64,000 nt of DNA from Acidobacteriota bacterium (lineage in GTDB: Bacteria; Acidobacteriota; UBA6911; RPQK01; JAJDTT01), in the NCBI GenBank assembly GCA_965209055.1, contig OZ242374.1, positions 2,560,001-2,624,000 of the forward strand. The letters are read 5' to 3'. The notes beneath the pieces were generated by a model. It did no database searches and was not told where the DNA came from. It worked only from the letters and a program-made list of their open reading frames with translations. Within the stretch, counting starts at the first letter, position 1, and each line of letters starts with the position of its first letter. The position numbers were made by a program, and so were the translations under genes. Of this stretch, positions 18,910-28,913 are shown piece after piece.

Positions 18910-19287
18910 TCAGTGGACCCGGCCGGGTGAGAAGGCTTTCTCCTCCTCGAACCCATGGGTCAGGACGAAGAAATACGAAGGGCTCTGGCCCAGGTCCGAC
19001 TCGATGACCAACTCGAAGAGGTTTTCCTCGTTGCTCTCACTGGCCACCGCTTGGACGTAGCCAATCTCCTCGGACTTGATGAAGAGTTCTCCCAAGAGGA
19101 GCTTGCCCCGGAGGACCTGAACCAGCAGAGTGCCGTCCGGCTCACTGGCGAAATGCCAGTGGAGGTCCTCGTCGTCGTAGAGGACGGCGTTCATCGTTCC
19201 CGCCCTCAAGATGCAGTTGGGATGGGCGTTGAGCCATCTCCAGAAAGCGTCGAACGTCATCGTGAAAGGAGCTTCCATGCGGCTCAT
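18910..19287 (-). CDS. Hypothetical acidic protein
   Basis: 125-aa ORF with coding-like codon use, downstream of the Nramp gene. Confidence 0.7.
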   Translation of the reverse strand: MSRMEAPFTMTFDAFWRWLNAHPNCILRAGTMNAVLYDDEDLHWHFASEPDGTLLVQVLRGKLLLGELFIKSEEIGYVQAVASESNEENLFELVIESDLGQSPSYFFVLTHGFEEEKAFSPGRVH

Positions 19288-19336
19288 GGTAACAGTCCGC
19301 AGCGGAAGTCGTCACGGCATTCGGCCCGGTCTCCGG

Positions 19337-20581
19337 CTACCGCCGGAGGGCCGCTTCGACGCCCAAGAATCCTGCCAGCAGGAAGAAAATGAGGATCGAG
19401 GCCAGCACTATCGAGGTCCAGGGCCGGTTCCGGTAACGGCTGCCGATCCATCCGGACTTGCCGTTCATGCGCAGCAACGCCGCCGCCAGCATGGGGACGA
19501 AGAGCACGCCGACGATGGCATAGGTTTTCTGCATCCGGGCGAACCCGACCCACAGGCCCACCATCGGAATCGTGGCCATGGCGTACATGAAACCCCGGTA
19601 GATCCTGGAGTCGGGGTCCACACGCCGGCTCTTGCCTGATCCCCGGTTACCCATCAGCGAGGTCAGGTCGGTGAACAAGTAGGGAATGCTCTGCCACGCC
19701 CCCAGGAGACTGCTGAAGATAGCTCCCCAGGCTCCCAACAGGAACGCCCAGCCCCCCAATGGTCCCAGAGACTCCGACAGACGCTCAGCCAGGCGAATCA
19801 GCAGCGTGGCGCCGCCGCCCTGAACCTCGACCTGGCTGCCGATGATCACCATGGCCAAGCCGAAGAGGGCCGTTACGACGTAGGCGGCGGCCAGATCGAG
19901 ACGGCAGATTGTGAGATCCTTCACGCCGCGCCGCCCCTCCTCCTGGATCCAGTAGCCGTAGCAGAGGATGGTGACCGTACCGCCCACGCCCCCCATGAGG
20001 GCCAGCGTCCATCCCAGGCCCTGGCCGCTCGATTCGGGGATAGCGGGCCACACCAGGCCGGCGATGACCTCCCCCCAATCCGGCGCCAGGCGGACGGCGG
20101 AAACCACGACCGTGCAGAACATCAGGCCGATGCAGACCCGCATGACCTTTTCGAAGAGCCGGTAGCCTCCCAGGCGGACCATCAGGACTCCGATCAGGCT
20201 CCACACGATCCCGTGGAAGATCTTGCCCGTGGCCGGATCGGAATGAAGGGGCAGGAGGGCATGGGAAGCCACGCCGCAGGCGCTCATCAGCGCCGCCGCC
20301 ACCAGGAAGCTCCAGACCACCAGGTATCCCAGGAAGAGGTATTGGACGGGGCGGCCCAGGCGATCCACGGCGCCTTCCAGGAGGGTCTGCCCCGTGGCCA
20401 GTTGCCAGCGCGTGATCCCCTCGCTGAGGACGTACTTGAAGAAACTGCCGGCCAGGACGGCCCAGAGGATGGCGACCCCGAGCTTCGATCCGGCGAAACC
20501 GGCGGTGGCCAGGTCTCCGGCGCCCACGCCGGTGGCCGCCACCAGCAATCCGGGTCCCAATATGGCAAGCGGATTTCTCAT
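19337..20581 (-). CDS. Nramp/APC-superfamily transporter (YcsG-like)
   Basis: LGPGLLVAATGVGAGDL; about 11 TM segments. Confidence 0.8.
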   Translation of the reverse strand: MRNPLAILGPGLLVAATGVGAGDLATAGFAGSKLGVAILWAVLAGSFFKYVLSEGITRWQLATGQTLLEGAVDRLGRPVQYLFLGYLVVWSFLVAAALMSACGVASHALLPLHSDPATGKIFHGIVWSLIGVLMVRLGGYRLFEKVMRVCIGLMFCTVVVSAVRLAPDWGEVIAGLVWPAIPESSGQGLGWTLALMGGVGGTVTILCYGYWIQEEGRRGVKDLTICRLDLAAAYVVTALFGLAMVIIGSQVEVQGGGATLLIRLAERLSESLGPLGGWAFLLGAWGAIFSSLLGAWQSIPYLFTDLTSLMGNRGSGKSRRVDPDSRIYRGFMYAMATIPMVGLWVGFARMQKTYAIVGVLFVPMLAAALLRMNGKSGWIGSRYRNRPWTSIVLASILIFFLLAGFLGVEAALRR

Positions 20582-20760
20582 CTTGTGTCCCACACTAGTC
20601 TGCTGGAGCCAGCCGCCGTTCGCTACCTTGGATCTCCAACCAATCAGAAGGGGGCCGTCTGGGCTATCACCTCACCGGCGCCGACCTCTACTCCTTCCGG
20701 TCGGACTCGGACTGAGCTCCGAAGAGGGGGGAGAAACCGACACGAAGTTTACGAATATCG

Positions 20761-21996
20761 CTATCGCATTCCACGTCGGCCAAAGAGCTGAGACAATTGG
20801 GCCATCGCTGGATGAGAAGCCGTTACGGCAGACGGGAGATTCTCATATCTGTCCAGCAATTCCGATTCCGAAGATTCTCGCGGCCAATCGAGGTTGGGCG
20901 AGATATGTTTGTCTTCTATCGCGACGGCGGACATTTCAAGTAGACCGATCAGGTCCCGCGTCGCCGCACGACGGGGATGTTTAAGATCTTTGTAGAGCCC
21001 TCCAATACGTTGTCCTAGCTCATACCCAGTGGAGGGCCCAACGTCCAATAGAATCTCCAGGATCTGCAGTTGCCTCTGGGCCAGCACGCGCCGGCGGGGA
21101 CTTCGTAGTTTCCCAAACAACGATCTGGCGAATTCCCGGAACAGCACTCGGCGATGATTGGTGGCGATGGCCTCGGCAACCACGTTGCATCTCTCGGCCA
21201 CCGCCGGCAGCGCAAGCTTCAGAAACGGCGTCAGATCGTGTCCGTTTTCGCGGGTTTCGTACAGAGCGGTCAAGTACTCGTCTTTGTGTTCGTAGTAGTA
21301 GTTGGACAGGCTGACCATGATCACGTCGTTGACCCCGGCCCGCCGCAGCATGAATGCTTCCAAAGCGCGGGCGGTGCGGCCGTTTCCGTCGCCGAAGGGG
21401 TGCATGGCGCCGATGTGGTAGTGAGCGGCAATAGCCTGAATGAGACGGTCGTGACGCTGGAACTCTCCGGCGATGGCGGCAGCGAGGCCTTCGAAGGCCT
21501 CGCTGCATTCACGGCCGCCCTCGGCACCCCGGCAGCGTGGCGTCCCGAAGGTGACGTTCCACGCGTCAGGACGTGTCCGGCCCGGTTCGCAATGATCATC
21601 GTCGCATCCGGTCACGATGCGCCGGTGGATTTCCCGGATGAAATCGGCGCTGACCGGCTGTTCGGCAGGTCTTGAACGCAGCCAGCGGCAGGTGGCGTCA
21701 GCGGCGCGAAGTTGACGCTGGGAACGGGTCAATCTAGTCGTCGCAGTCAGGGTGGCAGCGAGAGCTTCGTCCTGTTCGCGTTGCGTGAACTCGGCGCCTT
21801 CAATGCGCGATGTGGCGGCCGCTTCCAATCGCAACTGCTCCGCGTGCGCCTCCTCAATCCACTGAGGTAGATATGGCATCTGATTTAGGACGCCGCCGCC
21901 GGTCTTGGCCTCGACCAGCCGGTGGAAGACGGCAGGGGGATCGTAGTGCACCCATCGCTGGGGGACCACATAGCGACTGACATTATCGGCAGTCAT
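20761..21996 (-). CDS. Fic family protein (class II) with C-terminal winged-HTH-like region
   Basis: HPFGDGNGRTAR catalytic motif; inhibitory TSRIEG motif; AATRDL..L helix near the C-terminus. Confidence 0.9.
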   Translation of the reverse strand: MTADNVSRYVVPQRWVHYDPPAVFHRLVEAKTGGGVLNQMPYLPQWIEEAHAEQLRLEAAATSRIEGAEFTQREQDEALAATLTATTRLTRSQRQLRAADATCRWLRSRPAEQPVSADFIREIHRRIVTGCDDDHCEPGRTRPDAWNVTFGTPRCRGAEGGRECSEAFEGLAAAIAGEFQRHDRLIQAIAAHYHIGAMHPFGDGNGRTARALEAFMLRRAGVNDVIMVSLSNYYYEHKDEYLTALYETRENGHDLTPFLKLALPAVAERCNVVAEAIATNHRRVLFREFARSLFGKLRSPRRRVLAQRQLQILEILLDVGPSTGYELGQRIGGLYKDLKHPRRAATRDLIGLLEMSAVAIEDKHISPNLDWPRESSESELLDRYENLPSAVTASHPAMAQLSQLFGRRGMR

Positions 21997-22120
21997 TTCC
22001 GTCTCATTTCCAGTTCATTTCAAATACATTTATTTGGATCATGAATATTATGAGTGATTTACACCTTTAAATCGTACAGTCATTTCCGTCTCATTTCCAG
22101 TTCATTTCGCTCTCGTTTCC
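21990..22120. repeat. 32-bp direct repeat built from 11-bp-phased TCATTTC units, flanking an AT-rich spacer
   Basis: CAGTCATTTCCGTCTCATTTCCAGTTCATTTC at 21990-22021 and 22077-22108. Confidence 0.9.
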
Positions 22121-22327
22121 ACGGTCTCTTCGGAATCGAGTCCGCATACCGAGCAATACCTTCCTGATGACCGTTCTGAGACCCTCGCGGCATCGCGGGA
22201 AGACTCAGCAGTTGAAATGTCCCCATTCAATCCCAACTTGTGCGCAGCCTCCCTGCCTTAGGCCGAGGTTGGAGAACCTCGACGTTTACCGTCTCGACCA
22301 GTAACCTGACGTGTCAGGAGGTGTGAA

Positions 22328-23863
22328 GTGGTACTCCCGCACTCATGGAGACTTGTCGGAATTGCAGTGGCGTCGTTGCTGGCTTCCGCAGGGCCGGTTC
22401 AGGCCGAGGTTCGGTTGCCGGCCGTGATCTCGGACCACATGCTCCTGCAGCAGAAGGTTCCGGTACGGATCTGGGGTTGGGCTGGTCCCGATGAAACCGT
22501 CCACGTCCGCTTCCGGGGCCGGAGTTACGCGGCGAATCCGCCGTTGCCGGGGGAATCGGGAGACTGGGAAGTGTTCCTGGCCCCTTCGGAAGCCGGTGGA
22601 CCCTTTCGTCTGGAGGTCCGGGGGAGCAATACCCTCGTCTTTGACGACGTTCTGGTGGGGGACGTCTGGGTGGCTTCGGGGCAGTCCAACATGGACTGGT
22701 CGGTCCGGCGTTCCAGGAATCCGGATCAGGAGATCGCCCAGGCCAACTTTCCCAGGATCCGCCTCTTCAAGGTTGCCCGAAACGTGGCCGACGAGCCGCT
22801 GGAGGACGTGGAAGGCGCATGGCATCCCTGTTCTCCAGAGTCGGTCGAGCATTTTTCGGCCGTCGGTTACTACTTCGCCCGCCATCTTCACCGGAAGCTG
22901 GGTCACCCCGTCGGCGTGATCCAGACGGCGTGGGGAGGGACCCCGGCACAGGCCTGGGTCAGCCGGACTCACCTCAAGTCCGATCCCGCTCTGACGCCGG
23001 CTTTGGAGAAATGGCAACGGGTGCTGGCCGAGTATCCAAAACGGCAGAAGGAGCATCTGGCGGAGGTCGCCCGCTGGGAACAGAAGGCCGCGGCCGCAAA
23101 GAAAAAAGGCGAACCTGTGCCTCGCCGGCCGCGCCGCCCCCTGGGTCCCGGCCATCCGTGGACGCCTGGAGGTCTCTTCAACGCCATGATCTCGCCACTC
23201 GTGCCCTATGCCGTCCGCGGCGCCATTTGGTACCAGGGGGAGAACAATGGTCATTTCGCGGAGGCCCATCTCTACCGCTCTCTTTTCCCAGCGCTGATCC
23301 AAAACTGGAGAACACACTGGAAAACAGGTCCGTTCCCCTTCCTCTTCGTCCAGTTGGCCAACTACCGAAAAACTCCCGAAGGCAGCGAATGGCCCGAGCT
23401 CAGGGAAGCCCAGCTCATGACGCTGAGCGTCAGGAACACGGGTATGGCGGTCACCATCGATATCGGCAACCCGGAAGACATCCATCCCAAGAACAAGCAG
23501 GACGTGGGCAAGCGCCTGGCTCTGGCGGCACGCGCGTTGGCCCACGGCGAGGACCTGGTCTACTCGGGACCCGTCTTTCGCAGGGTCACACCCGGGGAAT
23601 CCGGACTACGGATCTGGTTCGACCACGTGGGGGGCGGGCTCGAGAGCCGGGGGGGCGATTTGACCGGCTTTGAGGTGGCCGGAGCCGACCGCCGCTTCGT
23701 GCCGGCGTCCGCCCGGATCGATGCCGGGACCGTTGTGGTTTCCAGCCCGGAAGTGGAGCGGGCCGTTGCCGTCCGCTACGGGTGGAGCGACAGCCCCGTC
23801 TGCAATCTCTATAACGCCGAGGCACTTCCCGCCTCGCCCTTCCGCAGCGACGCTTGGGAATAG
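22328..23863 (+). CDS. Sialate O-acetylesterase (SASA/SGNH) family
   Basis: GDVWVASGQSNM, WGGT, WYQGE, DIHPKNKQDVG. Confidence 0.9.
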   Translation: MVLPHSWRLVGIAVASLLASAGPVQAEVRLPAVISDHMLLQQKVPVRIWGWAGPDETVHVRFRGRSYAANPPLPGESGDWEVFLAPSEAGGPFRLEVRGSNTLVFDDVLVGDVWVASGQSNMDWSVRRSRNPDQEIAQANFPRIRLFKVARNVADEPLEDVEGAWHPCSPESVEHFSAVGYYFARHLHRKLGHPVGVIQTAWGGTPAQAWVSRTHLKSDPALTPALEKWQRVLAEYPKRQKEHLAEVARWEQKAAAAKKKGEPVPRRPRRPLGPGHPWTPGGLFNAMISPLVPYAVRGAIWYQGENNGHFAEAHLYRSLFPALIQNWRTHWKTGPFPFLFVQLANYRKTPEGSEWPELREAQLMTLSVRNTGMAVTIDIGNPEDIHPKNKQDVGKRLALAARALAHGEDLVYSGPVFRRVTPGESGLRIWFDHVGGGLESRGGDLTGFEVAGADRRFVPASARIDAGTVVVSSPEVERAVAVRYGWSDSPVCNLYNAEALPASPFRSDAWE

Positions 23864-23884
23864 TCCGGATCGGGCAGCGGCGGA

Positions 23885-24871
23885 TCAACTGCTGGAAAAA
23901 GCCGGCATGACCCGGGTCGCGAAGAGCTCCATGGACTCCAGCATGTCCCGCTGCGAGATGCCTTGGTGCTGGCAATGGTAGACAAGGGTGTCGGCGCCCA
24001 TGTCACGATAGTCGGCCACCTGCTCGATGCACTCCCCGGGTGTCCCCAGGATGAGCCGGTCCTGAAAATCATCCAGTTGACCGTACTTGTATCGCCTTCC
24101 CTCCGGAGTGTCCTTCATCCAGCCGGAATAGCGCCGGTATTGCTCCAGCAGCGGTTTCTCCACCAACGCTCGTGCCCGGGCCCGCGTCTTGGCCACGAAT
24201 CCCAGGCGGGACACCACGAGCGTTCCCTGTTTGCCGAATTCATCCAGGGCGTTTCGATAGACCCGGATCTTTTCCCCGAGTTCCCGCCGGCCGAGACTGG
24301 CGCTGGGCAACCAGCCGTCCGCCAGCCGGGCCGAACGGCGGACCACAACATCGGCTGTCCCGCCGATCCAGATGGGAGGCCGGGGTTTCCGGACCGGCAG
24401 CGGACCGATGCGGACGTCTCGACAGCGGAAGTATTTTCCCTGGAAGGTGACCGACTCGCCGGCCCAGAGCCGGGAGATCACCTCCAGGTTCTCCAGGAAA
24501 CGGCCCCGCCGTTGGCGCAGCAGGACGTCTGAAATGGCCAGTTCCTCCTCCCGGTAACCCAGAACCAGACCGAAGAGGAGACGGCCGCCCGAGATCACGT
24601 CCACGTGCGCCGCCTGCTCGGCCAGCAGGATCGGGTTGTAGATGGGGAGGATGAATCCGCTGGAGCAGAGCTGAATCCGGCGGGTGACCGGAGCCAGCGC
24701 GGCCAGGGTCGTGAGCATCTCATGGAAGCCGGAGGGCCAGAGATGCCGGTCGCCCAGGCAGACCAAGTCGAATCCCAACTCCTCGGCCACCTGGACCCTT
24801 TCCCGGAGTTGGTCGAAGCTGGCCTGTCCGGAGTCGGTGAAGGTCTGTCCGAGAATGATTCCGAAGTTCAT
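23885..24871 (-). CDS. LLM-class flavin-dependent oxidoreductase
   Basis: AEELGFD, ISGGRL..G..LGY, PPIWIGG, GTPGEC. Confidence 0.85.
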   Translation of the reverse strand: MNFGIILGQTFTDSGQASFDQLRERVQVAEELGFDLVCLGDRHLWPSGFHEMLTTLAALAPVTRRIQLCSSGFILPIYNPILLAEQAAHVDVISGGRLLFGLVLGYREEELAISDVLLRQRRGRFLENLEVISRLWAGESVTFQGKYFRCRDVRIGPLPVRKPRPPIWIGGTADVVVRRSARLADGWLPSASLGRRELGEKIRVYRNALDEFGKQGTLVVSRLGFVAKTRARARALVEKPLLEQYRRYSGWMKDTPEGRRYKYGQLDDFQDRLILGTPGECIEQVADYRDMGADTLVYHCQHQGISQRDMLESMELFATRVMPAFSSS

Positions 24872-24901
24872 ACACGCCCTGTTCGCAGTCTGCGCTCTCC
24901 G

Positions 24902-24924
24902 CCCCGGCATCGGGGATGCCGGGG
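24902..24924. promoter_or_regulatory. Perfect 10-bp hairpin in the divergent LLM/carbamoyltransferase intergenic region
   Basis: CCCCGGCATC-GGG-GATGCCGGGG; minus-strand TAGAAT at 24940-24945. Confidence 0.5.
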
Positions 24925-25028
24925 AAGCAATGGGCCGCTATTCTACTGAAGGGGAGATCAGGAGGGTATCCTGGCGGCCTGGGACTCCGTTGGTCCGGGG
25001 CTCCCATCCGAGGGCCACGAGGCAGACA

Positions 25029-26864
25029 GTGACGGCGATATTGGGAATCTCGGCGTTTTATCACGACTCGGCCGCGGCTCTGGTCCGAGACGGCGAGATC
25101 GTGGCGGCGGCCCAGGAGGAGCGTTTCAGCCGGAAGAAGCATGACGCCTCCTTCCCCGCGCAGGCCATCGAGTACTGTCTGGAGGAAGCCGGTCTCACGC
25201 CGGACGAGCTTGACTTCGTGGGCTTCTACGACAAGCCCTTGATGAAGTTCGAAAGGCTGCTGGAGACCTACCTTGCCTTTGCGCCCAGGGGATTCTCCTC
25301 GTTCGTGAAGGCGATGCCGGTCTGGCTCCGGGAGAAGCTTCATCTCCCGGGGCAGATGACCCGGGGGCTCGGCGGGGCCTACCGCAAGCGGTTCATCTTC
25401 ACCGAGCATCACGAGTCCCACGCGGCCAGCGCCTTCTTTCCCTCACCCTTCCGGGACGCCGCAATCCTGACCGTGGACGGGGTGGGGGAGTGGGCCACCG
25501 CCGCCTACGGCACCGGAAAGGATAACCGGATCCGGCTGACCCACGAGCTTCGCTTTCCCCATTCTCCGGGTCTTCTCTATTCCGCCTTCACCTATTTTTG
25601 CGGGTTCCGGGTGAACTCGGGGGAGTACAAACTCATGGGGTTGGCGCCCTACGGCGAGCCCCGGTACATGGACCTGATTCTCCGGCGGATCATCGACCTG
25701 AAGGAGGACGGCTCCTTCCGCATGGACATGTCCTATTTCAACTATTGCCAGGGCCTGACCATGACCTCCCGCAAGTTCGAGCGACTCTTCGGCGGAGCGC
25801 CCCGTCAGCCCGAGACGCCGCTGACGCAGCGGGAGATGGACCTGGCCGCCTCCATCCAGCGGGTCATGGAGGAGATCCTGCTGCGAATGGCCCGGCACGT
25901 CCACGCCCGGACCGGGCAGCCGAACCTCTGTCTGGCCGGCGGAGTCGCCCTCAATTGCGTGGCGAACGGACGGATACTGCGGGAAGGACCCTTCCGGGAG
26001 ATCTGGGTCCAGCCCGCGGCCGGAGACGCCGGCGGCGCCCTGGGAACGGCCCTCTTCATCTGGCACCAGTTGCTGGAGAACCGGCGCCGTGCGCAGACGC
26101 CCGACGGTCAGGAAGGCTCGCTTCTGGGTCCCTCGTATGCAGATACGGAGATCCGATCCTTCCTGGACTCGGCGGGTGCGGACTACGAGCAGATCGACGA
26201 TCCCGAAGAGCTGGTGCGGCGGGTGGCCCGGGTCATGGCCGATCAGAAGGTGGTGGGTTGGATGCAGGGGCGCATGGAATTCGGTCCCCGGGCCCTGGGA
26301 AGCCGGAGCATCCTGGGAGACGCCAGAAGCAGCCGAATGCAATCGGTGATGAACCTCAAGATTAAATTCCGGGAGTCGTTCCGGCCCTTTGCGCCGTCAG
26401 TCATGCGCGAGCACGTGGACGAGTATTTCCAGATGCGGTCCGAAGAAGACAGCCCCTACATGCTATTGGTGGCTCCGGTGCAGGACTCCAAGAGGGTGGC
26501 CTCGGACGGAAAGGCGCAGTTGACCGGACTGGACAAGCTGAGCGCCGACCGCTCCGTCGTCCCGGCCATCACCCACGTGGACCACTCGGCCCGGGTGCAG
26601 ACCGTCGACTCGGAGAGGCACGGGGCCTACTACCGGCTGCTAAGGGAATTCGACCGGCTGACCGGATGTCCCGTGGTCATCAACACCAGCTTCAACGTCC
26701 GGGGCGAGCCCATCGTCTGTTCGCCGGAGCAGGCCTACCGCTGTTTCATGTCCACCAACATGGACGTGCTGGTCATGGAGAATTTCATCCTGCTCAAGGA
26801 CCGGCAGCCTCGGGCGCGCGAATACGAAGTCGGCGCCTACTTGGCCCAGTTCGAACTGGACTAG
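25029..26864 (+). CDS. O-carbamoyltransferase (CmcH/NodU/TobZ, SxtI-like)
   Basis: ILGISAFYHDSAA, QEERFSRKKHD, EHHESH, GEYKLMGLAPYG, EFGPRALG, NTSFNVRGEP. Confidence 0.95.
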   Translation: MTAILGISAFYHDSAAALVRDGEIVAAAQEERFSRKKHDASFPAQAIEYCLEEAGLTPDELDFVGFYDKPLMKFERLLETYLAFAPRGFSSFVKAMPVWLREKLHLPGQMTRGLGGAYRKRFIFTEHHESHAASAFFPSPFRDAAILTVDGVGEWATAAYGTGKDNRIRLTHELRFPHSPGLLYSAFTYFCGFRVNSGEYKLMGLAPYGEPRYMDLILRRIIDLKEDGSFRMDMSYFNYCQGLTMTSRKFERLFGGAPRQPETPLTQREMDLAASIQRVMEEILLRMARHVHARTGQPNLCLAGGVALNCVANGRILREGPFREIWVQPAAGDAGGALGTALFIWHQLLENRRRAQTPDGQEGSLLGPSYADTEIRSFLDSAGADYEQIDDPEELVRRVARVMADQKVVGWMQGRMEFGPRALGSRSILGDARSSRMQSVMNLKIKFRESFRPFAPSVMREHVDEYFQMRSEEDSPYMLLVAPVQDSKRVASDGKAQLTGLDKLSADRSVVPAITHVDHSARVQTVDSERHGAYYRLLREFDRLTGCPVVINTSFNVRGEPIVCSPEQAYRCFMSTNMDVLVMENFILLKDRQPRAREYEVGAYLAQFELD

Positions 26865-26906
26865 CGGTATTGCACGACCCGATGATCCCCAATGGATCTA
26901 ATGTGC

Positions 26907-27320
26907 TTAGACAGGAAAGATTTTGAAGGGTTTGGGGCCGACACGGTAGACGCCAAAATCCCGGCGATCAGTCGTCAACACGAGGTTGGTGTTCAGTTCC
27001 TCTGCGAGCACGACAAGCGTGGCATCGGCGTAGTCCATGGGGAGATCGGCATATCGCACCATAAGTTCTCGAGCACGTTGAAGGGAGGACTGTGAGGCCG
27101 GAACGAGTGCCGCCCCACCCCGAAGGAAGAACTGCAAACAGGCCTCAGGCCCTCCCGAAACTCGACCCAGAAGGTGTGTCGATTCTGTCAACACAGCTTC
27201 GGTGCTGACAACGTCTCCCTGCCACCTGGAATAAAATTGCACGATTGTTTGGTGATGCTGCTGCCTGTGATCGAGCAAGGACACCAATGCTCCCGTATCC
27301 AGGAGCAATTCACCTGCCAT
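26907..27320 (-). CDS. vapC: VapC PIN-domain toxin
   Basis: LLDTG, TEAVLTE, MDYADATL, TTDRRDF. Confidence 0.9.
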   Translation of the reverse strand: MAGELLLDTGALVSLLDHRQQHHQTIVQFYSRWQGDVVSTEAVLTESTHLLGRVSGGPEACLQFFLRGGAALVPASQSSLQRARELMVRYADLPMDYADATLVVLAEELNTNLVLTTDRRDFGVYRVGPKPFKIFPV

Positions 27321-27561
27321 GTCGCAGAGAATCCAGTATGTACTCTCGGTGACGTGTTGCCAGGTCCGGAATTCCAGAATCGAGAGAGCCTAGAAGTTCG
27401 CTGACCCGTTGGGCCGGATATTTCCGTCCGGAATCGATACGGAGAAACTGGCGTAATGCCATCCTCACTATTTGCGACGGCGTAACGTGCAGCTTCCGAG
27501 AAGCGAGCGTCACTCCGTTGCTAAGATCGTCGGGGATACGTACAGTCAATTGTCGTGACAT
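27310..27561 (-). CDS. Ribbon-helix-helix (CopG-like) antitoxin, probably leaderless
   Basis: MSRQLTVRIPDDL...SQIVRMAL; TACAAT 7 nt before the ATG; ATGCA-T-TGCAT palindrome. Confidence 0.8.
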   Translation of the reverse strand: MSRQLTVRIPDDLSNGVTLASRKLHVTPSQIVRMALRQFLRIDSGRKYPAQRVSELLGSLDSGIPDLATRHREYILDSLRHGR

Positions 27562-27651
27562 GCATTGCATTGTAAGACATAGCCCGAAACAACTCAACGC
27601 CGAACGCCACGGCACACTAGCCGTGCGCCCAATGGATAGGCTGTAACGTAG

Positions 27652-27671
27652 TTGTGAGGGTGGCGTCACAA
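27652..27671. promoter_or_regulatory. Palindromic operator candidate upstream of the uxuA-like gene
   Basis: TTGTGA-N8-TCACAA. Confidence 0.35.
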
Positions 27672-27757
27672 GCGCCTCTCGACACGGACGCCCTGACCGG
27701 GATTTCGTTTGAGAGCGGATCGAACCTGGAGGAGTGAACCAGTCAGGAGAGTAAACC

Positions 27758-28870
27758 ATGAAAGTCAACAGAAGGAACTTCGTCCGAACGGCTGCGGCTG
27801 CGGGGGTAATTCATAAAGCGGGAATGGAGCGAACCGTGTCCGCCGGTTCTGAGACCCGGCGCATGCGGGTCACCGCCTTTCCGCGCGCCGTCGGGAGGGA
27901 CCCTTCGCCTCTGTCCAAGGCGGCCCTGCGCCACATGCGGCAGATGGGAATCCGGGATATCCGAATCGCCTCGAGGTGGCTGCCCGGCTACGTCCGGGAC
28001 GGTGAAATAGACTTGGACGAGTTGCTGCGGGTCAAGCGGCGCGCCGAGGGTGTGGGAATCAAGATCAACGCCGTCTATCTCCGCAAGGTGGACACCGCCA
28101 ACCTGCTCCTGGGCCGTCCCGGATGGAAGCAGGAACTGGAGAAGATCTCCCGGACCATCGAGAACATGGGGAAAGCGGGGATTCCGATTCTGGAACACAG
28201 CCTCCTGCTCTCCCGGGTCACCCGGGACGTCTTCAAGCTTCCGCTGCCCGGCTACCGGCACGTTCTTGAGGGCCGGGGCGGGTACCGGATGTACCGGTTC
28301 GACGGGACGGGAACCGAGGAGCACGGCCGGCCGGCCGGCTCCATCTCCTCCGACCAGTTGTGGGAGCGGATCACCCGCTTTCAGGAACACTGCATCCCGG
28401 TGGCGTCCGAAGCCCGGGTCCACGTCGCCTGCCATCCCGACGACCCGCCGTCGGCCCGCTACTGGGGAGTCTCCCAGGTCCTCAACAGCAAGGAGGGCCT
28501 GGACCGGCTCATCAACATCGTTCCCAGCAAGTACAACGGCATCCTCCTCTGCCTGGGGACGATGCAGGAGTCCGGAGCCGACGTCATCGACCTGATCCGC
28601 TATTTCGGGGGCCAGAAGAAGATCTTCGACATCGATTTCCGAGCCGTCCGCGGGACCGTGCCCAACTACGACGAGGTCTTCCTGGACGAAGGGGATCTGG
28701 ACATGTGGAAGGTGGTCCAGGTGCTCCGGGACGTGGGCTACGAGTGGACGCTGGAGCCGGATCACGTCCCCGGTTTCACGGCCGAAGAGAAGGGCGACCT
28801 GATCTCCTATGCCTGGGCCATCGCCTACATCAAGGCTCTGATTGCCGCCGCCTACGGCGAGAGGGTGTGA
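27758..28870 (+). CDS. Mannonate dehydratase (UxuA)-like protein with twin-arginine N-terminus
   Basis: HPDDPP, LCLGT, FRAVRG...DEVFLDEGDLDM, PDHVP; NRRNFV. Confidence 0.8.
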   Translation: MKVNRRNFVRTAAAAGVIHKAGMERTVSAGSETRRMRVTAFPRAVGRDPSPLSKAALRHMRQMGIRDIRIASRWLPGYVRDGEIDLDELLRVKRRAEGVGIKINAVYLRKVDTANLLLGRPGWKQELEKISRTIENMGKAGIPILEHSLLLSRVTRDVFKLPLPGYRHVLEGRGGYRMYRFDGTGTEEHGRPAGSISSDQLWERITRFQEHCIPVASEARVHVACHPDDPPSARYWGVSQVLNSKEGLDRLINIVPSKYNGILLCLGTMQESGADVIDLIRYFGGQKKIFDIDFRAVRGTVPNYDEVFLDEGDLDMWKVVQVLRDVGYEWTLEPDHVPGFTAEEKGDLISYAWAIAYIKALIAAAYGERV

Positions 28871-28913
28871 GACCTGGATCTGTGTTTGGGTCTTCCGACC
28901 CGACGGCGGGAGG

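Noticed and set aside
20600-20700. Mrr N-terminal remnant (YLGSPTNQKGAVWAIT)
   Set aside because: Too short and degenerate to support without a search
22030-22060. dif/XerCD site in the AT-rich spacer
   Set aside because: Only TTATG and two further bases match the XerD arm; no XerC arm at 6-bp spacing
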